DNA of 64,000 bases from Candidatus Woesearchaeota archaeon CG10_big_fil_rev_8_21_14_0_10_37_12 (GTDB lineage: Archaea > Nanobdellota > Nanobdellia > Woesearchaeales > ARS49). How positions within the stretch are numbered: position 1 is the first letter of the stretch; each line of letters starts with the position of its first letter. The position numbers were made by a program, and so were the translations under genes. Of the stretch, positions 1 to 10,579 are shown in pieces. Location of the stretch: positions 5,632 to 69,631 of the forward strand of contig PCYA01000014.1 of the NCBI GenBank assembly GCA_002762795.1. Direction: 5' to 3'. Below the pieces are notes generated by a model. The model was not told where the DNA came from. It did no database searches and saw nothing but the letters and a program-made list of their open reading frames with translations.

Positions 1-3000
1 CGGAGACACATTATCTTTCAGAGATAATACTAGTTTGTTTAACATTGCAAGAATAAACAACACAGCTGCAGAGATTAGATTTACACCTCAGAATAAAACA
101 ACAGAAGTTGTTGAGTTAGAGGTTTGTGATAATCACAATGCGTGTTCGCAGAGAAATATTACTGTAACTGTAACAGATGGTTTGCCACCAAGGCTTGTAA
201 GCCAGACAACCCCTCATAATGAAACGTATGATTTCAATAAAACATACATCTGGAACTCAAGATGGACTGACAACAACAACATTTCACAAGTTGTGTTTGA
301 GTTTGAAGGCACAAATGTTACTGTAAATGAATCTGCAACGTCTGGTTTGTACATTACAAATAAAACAGACTTGCCTGCAGGAACATATCAGTTCAGATGG
401 TACGCTATTGATTCTGATGGTAATTTGAATGCTACAAATTTAACAAATGCGACAATCTTGAAAGCAACAAGCAATCTTGGTTTGTTCTTGAACGGAAGCG
501 TTGCAAATATGACTGTTGATCAAAATGACAATGTCACAGTATTAGCAAATATGAGTAACACGTTTGGACCTGTGAGCGTGCTGTTAAATAACGCTTCATT
601 AACTTCAGGAAATGTTGACAGAAACAACAGTTTAGAGTTTAATCATACATTCCCTAATGCAGGACAGTTTGATTTCCTTGCAAGGTTTGCAGGCAATATA
701 AATTACACTGCTGAAAATAGATCATTAACTGTATTTGTACGAGATGTTGATGCTCCAACATTTGGCAGCTCATCAGTTTTACCACTGACAGCTATTGTTA
801 ATGATACTGTTACGTTTAGACAAAATGTGTTTGATAATGTAAATGTGACAAGGGTTTTGTTTGAAAGAAACAACATGAATTTCACGCCTTCACAAGTTGG
901 TAATTCAAGTTTGTACGAGATTAATGTTACTGGCATACCTGGAGGAGTTCACCAGTTCAGATGGTTTGCTCAGGACGCTGCTGGAAACTTGAACAGCACA
1001 AATTTTACTAACTATACTGTTGCTCAGAATGCATCAGGAGTCATATTAAACGTGTTTGAATTCAATAATTCTCTTGCAGACCCTGTAGTTGTTGAAGTTT
1101 TAACACCCTTGGTTATTAATGTAAACTTAACAAATCCTGCAGGAGGAATTGTAAACTTGACACGTAACGGCACAAGTGTTGCGAATCAAGCAACACCATT
1201 TAATTTCAGCTTTACTCCTCAGAGCATTGGCGTGTTTAACTTTACAGGAGTATTTGGCGGCAATTCAAATTTCAGTTCATCTCAAGCAACAAGATTAGTT
1301 AATGTAATTCCAACTCAGGTTCCGCAGTTTGGTACTGAAACTATCAGTCCAGCATCGCAAGCACAAGTTGGTCAACCAGTTAACTTTAGACGAGTTGTAA
1401 CTGATAATGTTGATATTAACAATGTAACTTTAGAAATCGGTAACACAAACAGAACAGCAACAAGAGTGAGCGGTAGTATCTTTGAAGTAATTGCTACTGA
1501 TTTACTTCCAGGAAACTACACTTACAGATGGTTTGCTACAGACAATGCAAACAATATGAATAACACTCCACTAGCAAATTACACTGTTGTAAAAATACCT
1601 TCAGTTGTACTGCTCACACTTAACGGAGCTGCAAATAATATTACTGTAGAGCAGAATGAGCCTGTTGAGAGTATTGCAAATGTAACTACGCCAGCAAATG
1701 CACTTGTTGAATTGCTTGTTAACGGAGTTGTTGCACAATCAACACCAAACTCAATTAACTTAACAAGATCATTTGCGACACCCGGCATAATTAATATTAC
1801 TGCTGTGACTCCCGGAAATATTAATTTCACAAGAGAAGAAGTTTCAAGATTTGTGAATGTTATTCCATCAATTGTTCCTTCATTTGGCACTGAAACAATA
1901 AGTCCTGTATCACCAACTCCAATTACTCAACAGTATACATTTAGACGAGTTGTAACGGACAATGGCGGAGTTCAGAATGTTACATTACAAATTGATAACA
2001 TAAACCATACTGCACAAAGAGTTGGAACGTCCAACATATTTGAAGCAGTTGTTGCAGGATTAACTGTTGGCAATCACACTTATGTATGGCATGCTCGCGA
2101 TAGTGTTAACAACACAAATAGCAGCACTCCACAAACGTATGAAGTCACAAAAGCAGCATCTGCGCTTGAATTAACATTAAACGGTCAGGCTGGGAACATT
2201 AATGTTGAGCAAAATGCTCCTGTGTTAAGCATCGTAAGATTAGTAGTGCCAGGAGCAGGCAATGTTGAATTGTTTGTAAACAGCGGCATTGCAAGTTCAG
2301 GCGCTTCACCAGTAAACAGCACTGACAGGTTTTCGGCTGTTGGACAAGTAGTAAATGTTACAGCAGTTTTCGCAGGCAATGTTAACTTTACACCTTCAAC
2401 AATAACAAGATTTGTTACTATTACTGCTCCTTTCGCTCCAACGTTTGGAACGCAGACAATTACTCCAAGTTCACCAGCACCGTTCAGTCCAGCATACACT
2501 TTCAGAAGAATTGTGACTGATAATGGTGCAGTAAATAATGTGACTTTGCAAATTAACGGAACTAACTTTACAGCATCAAGAATTGGCACAGGCAGTTTAT
2601 TTGAAGCAAATGTTACTGGTTTGAATGTTGGAACGCACCAGTTTGTCTGGTTTGCAGAAGATGATGCTGGAAACCGAAACAACACTTCACCAGAGAATTA
2701 CACTGTTGTTCCAATTCAACCTACAATCGCAATCCTATTGAATAACGCAACAAGCAACATTAATGTTGAGCAAGGCCAGCCAGTAGTCATTGTTGCGAAT
2801 GCAACAAGTCCTGCCGGAGCAAACATTGAGCTGCGTGTTGATGGAACACTTGAAAACGCAGGACCTGCACCAGTAAGTACAACAAAAACATTTGCAACTG
2901 TTGGTACTGTAAATATAACTGCCGTTATTCCTGCTACTGGTAATTTCGGAAGGGTAGAATTAACAAGAATATTAACTGTTACACCTGCACAAGTTCCACA

Positions 3001-5812
3001 ATTCGGAACTGAAACAATTACTCCAAGTTCACCAGCACCATTTAACCCTGTATACAATTTCAGAAGAGTTATAACAGATAACGGTGTTGTACAAGATGTA
3101 TTCCTTGAATTAGATGGTTCTCAACTGTCTGCTTCAAGAATCGGAACAACAAACGAATTTGAAGCAAACTTAACAAACTTAACAGTAGGCAACCACACAT
3201 ACAGATGGATTGCAACAGACAATGCAGGAAATATCGCAAACACAAGTTTCTTCACTTATGAAGTAATCCCAGGACAATCAAGCAATACATTAACCTTGAA
3301 TGGATTTGCAGGTGATACAAGTGTTGAACAAAATGCACCTGTTGTAATCTTTGCAGAAGTTGTAAATCCAGTTGGTTCGCAAGTAAACTTGTATGTTAAT
3401 GGAATATTGAATGCGACAGGAACTCAGATTAACAGAACGGATGTATTTACAGCAACTGGTCAGATCGTATTCACTGCTGAATTTGTAGGCAATGTTAATG
3501 CAAGTGCATCAAACGTGACAAAAATATTAACTGTTACACCTGCACAAGTTCCACAATTCGAAACTGAAACAATAACTCCAAGTTCACCAGCACCATTTAG
3601 CCCAATATACAACTTCAGAAGAGTTATAACAGACAATGGCGTTGTAGCAAATGTAACATTTGAGTTAGATAATAGCACAAACGTAACTGCTTCAAAAATC
3701 GGAACAACAAACGAATTTGAAGCAAACTTAACAAGCTTAACAGTAGGCAACCACACATACAGATGGATTGCAACAGACAATGCAGGAAACAGCAACAACA
3801 CTGCTTCAGCAAACTATGTTGTAAGTCCAGGAACAGCTTCTATTGAACTATTCTTGAATGGTGTAGATGGCAATAACAATGCACAAATAAATGATTCAGT
3901 GAACATTACTGCAAATGTAGTAAATCCAACTGGAGGATTTGTTGAGTTGTTTGTCAATGGAACATCTGTAGGAAGTGGTAATTCGCCATTTACTGTTGCG
4001 CAAAACTTTAGCACTACAGGAACCGTTACAGTGCTTGCAAGTTTTGCAGGTAATGCAAACGTTAGTGCAGGAAATGTAACAAGAACATTAACAATCATAC
4101 CAACTGTTGGCAGAGGAGGCATTTCTCCAGCTACAGCAGCTCATTTTAACTTGAGTTCATTCCAGATGACTGTGAATACAACTGGCATTACAACTTGCAG
4201 TTGGGACTCACAGGATGTTGCACAAGGCGTTATGAGAAATAACTTTACAACAAGCAACGGCACAGCACATACTGGAACAATTACCAACTTAACACTTGGC
4301 ACAAATAGTATTCATGTTGCATGCAATGGAGAATCTGCTGCTACAAATGCAGATCTTGTTTACTTTGCAGACAACATATTAGATGGCAGCACGTTAAGTG
4401 GGACAAATAGTATAAGTAACACGATAATGACAAGCAGTACGTTGAATAATGACACATTGAGTTCAACAAATGGTACTGCGAACGTGTTGACAAATGTTAT
4501 TTCAACTAATAGCAGAATTGAAAGGTCTATCTTGACAAGTTGTACAGTAACTAATAGTATTATTTTAGATAATATCGCATCCAATTGTAATTATATTGGC
4601 GTATTTATCGATCCAAGTACTACGACTGGAAGCAACATTGTTGGCGGAAGTATCATCAACAGCACAGTAACCTTTAGCAATGTAACAAACAGCAACATTA
4701 CAAACAGCAATATCAATAATTCAGTAATTGATGACAGCACTATAACAAATAGCTCATTTGTTGATGCAACAGTTATTGATGCAGTCATTACAAATGATGT
4801 AATAACTGCCGGATTCATTAGTGTTGGCAATCAATCATATAATGCTACAACAAGCGGAACAGCAAACTTGTCTGACGTGATTTCATTTGCTCCTGTTGCA
4901 AGTTTCACTCTAAGTCCGTCAAGTACAACGCCAGGTTCAGTGATTGCATTTACAAGCACATCTACTGATAGAAACATTCCTGGAGATTTGAATGATAGTT
5001 TGTCATTCTTCTGGGATTTTGGTGATGGCACAAACAGTACTAATGCATCAGTTAACAAATCATACAGCAGTGCTGATACTTACACTGTGACATTAACTGT
5101 TACTGACTCTTTTGGTTATAGCGATTCAGAGCAAGGCACAGCAAGAGTTTCAACTCCTGCTCCTGCACCTTCTGGTGGTGGCGGTGGTGGTGGCGGTGGC
5201 GGCCTCGGTAGCATCAATTTAGATGGTGACGCAACAACTGTACGTACTATTCGTCCTGGTCAACCATTAAGATTTAGGCTTGATGGCAAGTTATTCCAGC
5301 CAACACTCATATTGCGTACAGTAAATCTTGATAGTGAGGTTACTGGTTGGATGATTAATGGCAGAATGGTGTCTGCAAAGAAAGGGGAACCAACTGTATT
5401 TGATATAAGTGGCGATGGCATTGGTGATTTGCAGATTAATGTGTTAGATGTTGCAAGAACAAGTGTTCGTGCAAGCTTTGGAATTGCTCGTGCAGCACCT
5501 GTAACAGGTTTTATTCCTGGAATAAATCCATTTGAGAACTTTGGTCAACAACCAACAACTCCAAGTGATCCTGCACTGCCAGAGCTTGTAGAGGAGCCTG
5601 CTGTTGGACCAACAGGCGGCAGTGTTACTGAAGTTCCTGTAACTGCGGACATTCCTGCAGAAAGCTTGGCTGCAAAGTTTGTAAAGATGATTCAATCAAT
5701 AGTTGAAGCATTAGTAACTGGTTTTGCAGCAAAAGTAATCATCGTCATTGGTGTTGTAATCCTTGGATTGATTGCTTATGGCGTTTTTGTGCGCTATGAA
5801 TCAAGCTTTTAA
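1..5812 (+). CDS. Giant surface/adhesin-like protein, 5' end probably outside the window. Tandem Ig-like repeats, low-complexity beta-helix-like region, PKD domain, Gly-rich linker, C-terminal membrane anchor
   Basis: 1925-aa ORF from 35 (TTG), open back to the window edge. Recurrent 'G.HTYRW.ATDNAGN.N.T' motifs every ~185 aa, many N-x-T/S sequons, PKD signature 'FFWDFGDG...YTVTLTVTD', poly-Gly, hydrophobic C-terminus. Confidence 0.8.
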   Translation, partial: GDTLSFRDNTSLFNIARINNTAAEIRFTPQNKTTEVVELEVCDNHNACSQRNITVTVTDGLPPRLVSQTTPHNETYDFNKTYIWNSRWTDNNNISQVVFEFEGTNVTVNESATSGLYITNKTDLPAGTYQFRWYAIDSDGNLNATNLTNATILKATSNLGLFLNGSVANMTVDQNDNVTVLANMSNTFGPVSVLLNNASLTSGNVDRNNSLEFNHTFPNAGQFDFLARFAGNINYTAENRSLTVFVRDVDAPTFGSSSVLPLTAIVNDTVTFRQNVFDNVNVTRVLFERNNMNFTPSQVGNSSLYEINVTGIPGGVHQFRWFAQDAAGNLNSTNFTNYTVAQNASGVILNVFEFNNSLADPVVVEVLTPLVINVNLTNPAGGIVNLTRNGTSVANQATPFNFSFTPQSIGVFNFTGVFGGNSNFSSSQATRLVNVIPTQVPQFGTETISPASQAQVGQPVNFRRVVTDNVDINNVTLEIGNTNRTATRVSGSIFEVIATDLLPGNYTYRWFATDNANNMNNTPLANYTVVKIPSVVLLTLNGAANNITVEQNEPVESIANVTTPANALVELLVNGVVAQSTPNSINLTRSFATPGIINITAVTPGNINFTREEVSRFVNVIPSIVPSFGTETISPVSPTPITQQYTFRRVVTDNGGVQNVTLQIDNINHTAQRVGTSNIFEAVVAGLTVGNHTYVWHARDSVNNTNSSTPQTYEVTKAASALELTLNGQAGNINVEQNAPVLSIVRLVVPGAGNVELFVNSGIASSGASPVNSTDRFSAVGQVVNVTAVFAGNVNFTPSTITRFVTITAPFAPTFGTQTITPSSPAPFSPAYTFRRIVTDNGAVNNVTLQINGTNFTASRIGTGSLFEANVTGLNVGTHQFVWFAEDDAGNRNNTSPENYTVVPIQPTIAILLNNATSNINVEQGQPVVIVANATSPAGANIELRVDGTLENAGPAPVSTTKTFATVGTVNITAVIPATGNFGRVELTRILTVTPAQVPQFGTETITPSSPAPFNPVYNFRRVITDNGVVQDVFLELDGSQLSASRIGTTNEFEANLTNLTVGNHTYRWIATDNAGNIANTSFFTYEVIPGQSSNTLTLNGFAGDTSVEQNAPVVIFAEVVNPVGSQVNLYVNGILNATGTQINRTDVFTATGQIVFTAEFVGNVNASASNVTKILTVTPAQVPQFETETITPSSPAPFSPIYNFRRVITDNGVVANVTFELDNSTNVTASKIGTTNEFEANLTSLTVGNHTYRWIATDNAGNSNNTASANYVVSPGTASIELFLNGVDGNNNAQINDSVNITANVVNPTGGFVELFVNGTSVGSGNSPFTVAQNFSTTGTVTVLASFAGNANVSAGNVTRTLTIIPTVGRGGISPATAAHFNLSSFQMTVNTTGITTCSWDSQDVAQGVMRNNFTTSNGTAHTGTITNLTLGTNSIHVACNGESAATNADLVYFADNILDGSTLSGTNSISNTIMTSSTLNNDTLSSTNGTANVLTNVISTNSRIERSILTSCTVTNSIILDNIASNCNYIGVFIDPSTTTGSNIVGGSIINSTVTFSNVTNSNITNSNINNSVIDDSTITNSSFVDATVIDAVITNDVITAGFISVGNQSYNATTSGTANLSDVISFAPVASFTLSPSSTTPGSVIAFTSTSTDRNIPGDLNDSLSFFWDFGDGTNSTNASVNKSYSSADTYTVTLTVTDSFGYSDSEQGTARVSTPAPAPSGGGGGGGGGGLGSINLDGDATTVRTIRPGQPLRFRLDGKLFQPTLILRTVNLDSEVTGWMINGRMVSAKKGEPTVFDISGDGIGDLQINVLDVARTSVRASFGIARAAPVTGFIPGINPFENFGQQPTTPSDPALPELVEEPAVGPTGGSVTEVPVTADIPAESLAAKFVKMIQSIVEALVTGFAAKVIIVIGVVILGLIAYGVFVRYESSF
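2968..3789 (+). repeat. Near-identical intragenic direct repeat (~2968-3231 vs ~3523-3789)
   Basis: Long shared blocks such as aatattaactgttacacctgcacaagttccacaattcg and aatcggaacaacaaacgaatttgaagcaaacttaacaa...gacaatgcaggaaa. Confidence 0.85.
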
Positions 5813-5815
5813 AAA

Positions 5816-6778
5816 ATGACAGTAATTATTGCCGCGAGATTTGATGAAAAAAATGCAGTCATGATAGCAGACGAGCGATCAAGTACTCAAGTAAGACAGT
5901 TTGACATTGCAAGAAAGTTGCACACTGTGAGGACAGAAGGTGGTGTTCATGCAGTTTTTGGCGGGACTGGAGTTTCAGACAGACTTTATGAGTGCGCAAT
6001 AAGATTTATTGATGATATCGCTGATAAGGATGGCAGACCGGATATAAAATTTGGCTGGCAATTAGCGAGTGCATTAGATCAACAATTAAAACTTGTACGA
6101 CATGAAATGATCGATGGTGAGTTGTTAAGAAAGTATGGTTTAACAAGAGATAATTTTCTAAGAGGTTTATTTACTGATCAACGAGGTAACACTGGACCTA
6201 TCAATGAGTCTTGGGTTGTTGATTACAAAAGGATGGTTGAAGGAGAACATCCTATAGTTAAAGAGTTAGCAAATCAATTTTTGTGTTTATCTTATGATTC
6301 TAAGGGTAGACTCTGTATCCACAGTACAGATATGCTAAGCGGCAAGCCTTATCTTGTTGCGCGACCTTTTGAAACAGCTGGAAGTGGAAGCGATCTTGCA
6401 CAAGTTGTTCTGAGTGATTTTTACGGAACTGCTTCAAGAGATAATAATTATATTGTAGATAAATGTGAGGGCGTATTAGCTGCAGTGTCTTCAGCAAACG
6501 CTGCAGCAAAGGGCAATATTGGAGTTGGAGGAACGCCATATATACAACCACTTGTTGACGGAAAGTTAGAAGATTGCTTAAGTGATGCTGAATCAAGATT
6601 GGTTGCAGAAATAGCAAAGGGCCATGATAAAAAGCTTCTTGGAACAGATTTTGCAAAACAAGCAGTAAATGATTTAGTTTACGAAAGGAAAACAGCCAGT
6701 TCTGTTGAAGAAGAAATGTGGAGAAGAACAACCAACAAAGAAGGATTGAGTAGGCTGTTAAGAGGGTATAAAAATTGA
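5816..6778 (+). CDS. Proteasome-beta/HslV-like Ntn-hydrolase with a helical insertion
   Basis: N-terminus M-T-V-I-I-A...ADERSS (Thr1 after Met removal), 'IARKL', 'TAGSGS', 'GVGG'. Confidence 0.65.
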   Translation: MTVIIAARFDEKNAVMIADERSSTQVRQFDIARKLHTVRTEGGVHAVFGGTGVSDRLYECAIRFIDDIADKDGRPDIKFGWQLASALDQQLKLVRHEMIDGELLRKYGLTRDNFLRGLFTDQRGNTGPINESWVVDYKRMVEGEHPIVKELANQFLCLSYDSKGRLCIHSTDMLSGKPYLVARPFETAGSGSDLAQVVLSDFYGTASRDNNYIVDKCEGVLAAVSSANAAAKGNIGVGGTPYIQPLVDGKLEDCLSDAESRLVAEIAKGHDKKLLGTDFAKQAVNDLVYERKTASSVEEEMWRRTTNKEGLSRLLRGYKN

Positions 6779-6781
6779 ATA

Positions 6782-7540
6782 TTAAATCTTATTTCCTGGC
6801 AGACTGTTCCATATCATTTTGAACCATGTTTTGTACGATTCTGCAAGTGGTTGACTTATAATGACGAATTGTGTTAAATCAGTTTCTAATTTTTTTATGC
6901 CGAGTCCTGTAAATGTTACAACTCTATCCCCAAAAATGTCTATGGCTGAGTTTGTTGAGTATTCTTTTGGTAAGAATTTAAATTGTACAGGTTTTTCGTT
7001 TATGACTGGTTTGAGGATTTCTGCAGTTTCCATTTCTGCATCGAATAAGTTATAGTTTATTATTTTCTTTTTTTTGAGTTGTTCATAAAAGCGTTGTCTG
7101 AATGGATCAAGTCTTGGATCCCACCATCCTGCTTTTGCTCCTAAACAATAAACATCTTCTCTTGCATCAAGAATATCTTGCATATAGTTTCGGAAACCCT
7201 GAATGCCTTTGTACACGTATGCTTGTTCTTTTGTTTCTATTTTTTGAAATCTTTTTTGCATTTCAGGAAGTTTTTCAGAGATGATTCTTTCTTTGTCTTG
7301 AAGAATACCAAGCAATCTTTTTGGTTCTATTGCTTTGTAGTGTTTTTCATTTTGTAAAATAAGTTCTGATATGAGTCCTTTTTCTATGAGTTTGTTAATA
7401 CAATCATAAACATTTCTTCGGTGTACTTTTGCTTTGATTGCAATTGTACTAATGTTTGCTGATTGTACACTCAATAGAGCTTCGTATATTTTGGCTTCGT
7501 TAGGGCTTAGTCCTGCTTGGTGTAATGCATGTTCAAACAT
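6782..7540 (-). CDS. TrmB-family transcriptional regulator
   Basis: 'GLSPNEAKIYEALL...HRRNVYDCINKLIEKGLI' wHTH, 'YKGIQG' motif. Confidence 0.85.
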   Translation of the reverse strand: MFEHALHQAGLSPNEAKIYEALLSVQSANISTIAIKAKVHRRNVYDCINKLIEKGLISELILQNEKHYKAIEPKRLLGILQDKERIISEKLPEMQKRFQKIETKEQAYVYKGIQGFRNYMQDILDAREDVYCLGAKAGWWDPRLDPFRQRFYEQLKKKKIINYNLFDAEMETAEILKPVINEKPVQFKFLPKEYSTNSAIDIFGDRVVTFTGLGIKKLETDLTQFVIISQPLAESYKTWFKMIWNSLPGNKI

Positions 7541-7576
7541 GAATCTGCTAAATTTCTCCTCTTTTTAAAGGTTGTG

Positions 7577-7590
7577 GTGATAACTATCAC
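7577..7590. promoter_or_regulatory. Palindrome GTGATA-AC-TATCAC in the divergent promoter, candidate TrmB operator
   Basis: Perfect 6-bp inverted repeat between the TrmB start and a TTTATAT TATA-like box at ~7599. Confidence 0.45.
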
Positions 7591-7656
7591 TCCAAAGATT
7601 TATATGGTTCTATTGTTTTGTTACCATTAGAACATGACAACTTTGAGGTGGCAAAA

Positions 7657-8136
7657 ATGAGTGAAAACAAAAAAGAAATGAAAGAAAAACAAACCGGGAT
7701 TTATTTCCCAAGAGACCAACTAAAATCAGACCTGACAGAGAATCCAGGATACCAATTTAAGGTTGAACAAGCAGGAGATGGCATCCTTTATATTTCTCCC
7801 CCTAGAGGAATTAATAGATTCTGCCCTGAAGGAAAAAGTGAATCAGTTTTAAATTTAACAATAAGAAGACTCTACGCAGGATTATCTGAAGAAGCAGCAT
7901 ATACCGTATTTTATTGCGCCGAGCATGACAAAGAAAAAATAATTGAAGAAGTATACGTACTTGGAGCGGATCTTGAAGAAAGAAAAATCATAATGCATGA
8001 GCGCTCAGACCAAATAATTAATTCTTTGGACAATTTGCTTCTCAGAGATACAACACAGAAAGGAACCAGATTAACTCTTGTAGAAGACCCTGAGTATTTG
8101 TTGAGTGGATATGCATGGGCGCCAGAGGTTGAATGA
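7657..8136 (+). CDS. Hypothetical protein
   Basis: ATG at 7657 follows a GAGGTG RBS; stop overlaps the next start. Confidence 0.6.
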   Translation: MSENKKEMKEKQTGIYFPRDQLKSDLTENPGYQFKVEQAGDGILYISPPRGINRFCPEGKSESVLNLTIRRLYAGLSEEAAYTVFYCAEHDKEKIIEEVYVLGADLEERKIIMHERSDQIINSLDNLLLRDTTQKGTRLTLVEDPEYLLSGYAWAPEVE

Positions 8137-9611
8137 TGGCATACATAACAGCTACTGAAGGTTTTGCGGTGCTTGCGGTTTTTGCAGCAATAATGATTGG
8201 TTTGGTTTATTTTTTGACAAAAAGAAAATTTAAGACAATTGATTTGTTTTTAGTTGCTGACAGGAATGTTTCTTGGTTTCGAGGAGCATTCAGCATTGCA
8301 GTAAGCTGGATTTGGGCTCCTGCATTGTTTGTTGCAAGTATGCAAGCGTACACGACAGGACTAGCAGGCGCATTTTGGTTTATTGTTCCAAATATTGCGT
8401 GTTTTTTCTTATTTGCTCCGCTAGCCATTCGCTTAAGGAGGTTGATGCCAAATGGATATACTTTGCCTGAATTTATTTTGAAAAGGTACAATAATGATAA
8501 ACGAACGCATCTTGCCTTTTTGTTCATTTTTTTCGCATATCAGCTTGGCGCAATTATCATCAATGCATTGGCAGGCGGAACATTATTACATATTTTGACA
8601 GGTATGAATTTTCATATCGCAGTCATTAGTTTGTCCGTAATTGCATTAATTTATTCATTGATTAGCGGCCTTGAGGCATCTATTATTACAGATGTATTAC
8701 AAATGGCTTTTATTTTGATAACGGGTTTTGTTCTTGTTCCTTGGGCCATTTTCACTGCAGGAGGTCTTTCAGCAGTTGCAGGAGGCTTAAGTGGCATTGC
8801 AGGTTCTTCATTTATTTTTGATCCTTGGATTGCTTACTCTTTTGGAATTGCGATGACTTTTGGTTTGTTATCTGGTCCTATTGGTGATCAGATGTTTTTC
8901 CAGCGTGGTTTTGCTGTGAAGAAAAAGAACATCGTTAAAACATTTGTTGTTGGAGGTTTGTTGTTTGGTCTTGTTCCAATTACTTTAAGCTTGCTTGGTT
9001 TTGTTGCGGCAAATCCCCTAATTAACAGCGCATTAAGCATATCTGATCCGCAAATGGTTGCGCCTATTGTTATTGGTGCGTTTTTACCGAAGATCGCGTT
9101 GCTTTTGTTTGTATTCATGGCGTTTGCAGGGTTGTGTTCAACAATGGATTCTGCATATTGTGCAGTGAGTTCTCTTGGAACGATTGATATTTACAAGAAA
9201 TACATAAATGCAAACGCGAGAAGCCAAAAATTGTTGCAAGTTTCTCGTGCTTTTATGCTTGGGATTGCTGTTTTCGGAACTGGAATTGCTTTGCTGCAAC
9301 CTAAATTGTTGTGGGTGTTCCTTATTTATGGTGCATTATCTTCTGCTGGTTTGTTTCCAACAATTTTCAGTTTGTTCTGGAATAAATTGGATGCAAAAGG
9401 TGCGTTTTGGGCCGTTACGTTGTCTCTTGTGCTTGGCTTGCCACTCTCAATTTATGCAAATGTTGTTGAAAACACACATTTGATTGTATTGGCAGCAGTC
9501 TTGAGCGTGCTTATTGGATTAGTAGTTTGTTTGATTGCAGGAATTAGAAATAAAGAAAGATATAAGTTTATTTTTTGTCAAGAACCACCCGTCAATAGAC
9601 GGGTGGCATGA
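8133..9611 (+). CDS. Sodium:solute symporter (SSS) family transporter; last 11 codons come from an inserted palindromic element
   Basis: ~13 TM helices, 'SIAVSWIWA', 'GYTLPEFILKRY', 'GLEASIITDVLQ', 'STMDS'. Confidence 0.85.
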   Translation: MMAYITATEGFAVLAVFAAIMIGLVYFLTKRKFKTIDLFLVADRNVSWFRGAFSIAVSWIWAPALFVASMQAYTTGLAGAFWFIVPNIACFFLFAPLAIRLRRLMPNGYTLPEFILKRYNNDKRTHLAFLFIFFAYQLGAIIINALAGGTLLHILTGMNFHIAVISLSVIALIYSLISGLEASIITDVLQMAFILITGFVLVPWAIFTAGGLSAVAGGLSGIAGSSFIFDPWIAYSFGIAMTFGLLSGPIGDQMFFQRGFAVKKKNIVKTFVVGGLLFGLVPITLSLLGFVAANPLINSALSISDPQMVAPIVIGAFLPKIALLLFVFMAFAGLCSTMDSAYCAVSSLGTIDIYKKYINANARSQKLLQVSRAFMLGIAVFGTGIALLQPKLLWVFLIYGALSSAGLFPTIFSLFWNKLDAKGAFWAVTLSLVLGLPLSIYANVVENTHLIVLAAVLSVLIGLVVCLIAGIRNKERYKFIFCQEPPVNRRVA

Positions 9612-9790
9612 AGCGATAGCTTCATCTTTGCTTGTAATGACCAGTGGTTCCCAAGAAAATCCTCTGGATTTTCTGGGCCAGAAAATGCTTTGCATTTTCT
9701 TGGCTTGAGCATGCTCAGAAATATACCAGATCACTATGGTAATAGGGACGTTGTCCATCAGTCAAATAGACTGATGGTATATTTCTGACA
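9576..9790. mobile_element. Palindromic insertion element type A (215 bp) with a nested 54-bp double hairpin at 9651-9704
   Basis: Matches the 161-bp copies at 52620 and 55734 apart from 4 substitutions and the 54-bp insert; TGTCA...TGACA ends. Confidence 0.9.
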
Positions 9791-9798
9791 TATTAATT

Positions 9799-10014
9799 TC
9801 ACATCCAATGATCTTTGTGTGCTTGTTTCCATAAGAGAACTGCGAGTGTTCCTGTAATAATAATTGCGATCCAGCTTAATAGTGCTGGTGCTTGCCATGT
9901 TCCAATTACTAATGGCCAGCCGTATGCGATGCGCAGTGCATGTACAAATGTGACTATTGCAAAGATTGTTGCTGCTATCAATAAAATTGTTTGGTTAATA
10001 TCATGTCTGTGCAT
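9799..10014 (-). CDS. Small 2-TM membrane protein
   Basis: 71 aa, 'HALRIAYGWPLVIGTWQAP' between two hydrophobic helices. Confidence 0.7.
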   Translation of the reverse strand: MHRHDINQTILLIAATIFAIVTFVHALRIAYGWPLVIGTWQAPALLSWIAIIITGTLAVLLWKQAHKDHWM

Positions 10015-10080
10015 ATTATTTTTTAAAGAATTGTCTTATTTAATGATTTGGTACGATTTAAGAGTTATTACAAAAAGTGT

Positions 10081-10221
10081 TTAGCGAATGAAAAAATATT
10101 AGTTACGCCTCATATTGCGTTTGCAACAGAGCAAGCCAGAAAAAATGCTGCTGAAACTGTTGTGCAGAATGTTGAATCATTCCTTGAAGGAAATCCACAG
10201 AATGTAGTAGTGAATAAATAG
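10081..10221 (+). pseudogene. C-terminal remnant of a D-2-hydroxyacid dehydrogenase
   Basis: Hand translation LANEKILVTPHIAFATEQARKNAAETVVQNVESFLEGNPQNVV; the 'TPHIA' catalytic motif is present but the N-terminal domains are absent. Confidence 0.7.
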
Positions 10222-10375
10222 AAATGACGCGAGGAAGATAATGGAAGAAAACAGTGTTTTCGTGGAATAAATTGAAACTGATAAATTATTAGAAGATGAA
10301 CTTTTGGTTTGAATTCTATTCTTTAATTGCCGCGTTAAGTTTTGGGTCAGTTTTGCGGCAATTAATGTTCGGAAA

Positions 10376-10472
10376 TGTCAGAAATTCACAAAAGTTATTA
10401 TTCTTTGTGTGAATTTCTGAGCATGCTCAAGAACTGCAAAAAAAGATATGTTTTTCTTGGCAGTTCTTAACA
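10376..10472. mobile_element. Palindromic element type B (97 bp), preceded by a hairpin at 10323-10365
   Basis: TGTCAGAAATTCAC...GTGAATTTCTGA GCATGC TCAAGAACTGC...GCAGTTCTTAACA. Confidence 0.85.
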
Positions 10473-10579
10473 AATTAACTATTTGTCCCATTACTTAATT
10501 TTCCCGTTATTTGCAAAAGAACCACTCAATAGTGGCAAAAAAAGAAAGATTTTTAAAGACTTTTGTAGGTTAAAGAAGC

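Noticed and set aside
2968-3789. Diversity-generating retroelement TR/VR pair
   Set aside because: Both copies are in-frame domains, the differences include T/C changes and so are not adenine-specific, and there is no reverse transcriptase.
703-5695. Antisense ORFs within the surface protein, dnaK, lhr and other genes
   Set aside because: Shadow frames caused by the codon bias of the real genes.
9519-9758. ORFs overlapping the elements (9519-9758, 16720-17013, 16824-17009, 55551-55862) as element-encoded proteins
   Set aside because: They are short, cross element borders, change frame between copies and have no transposase motifs.
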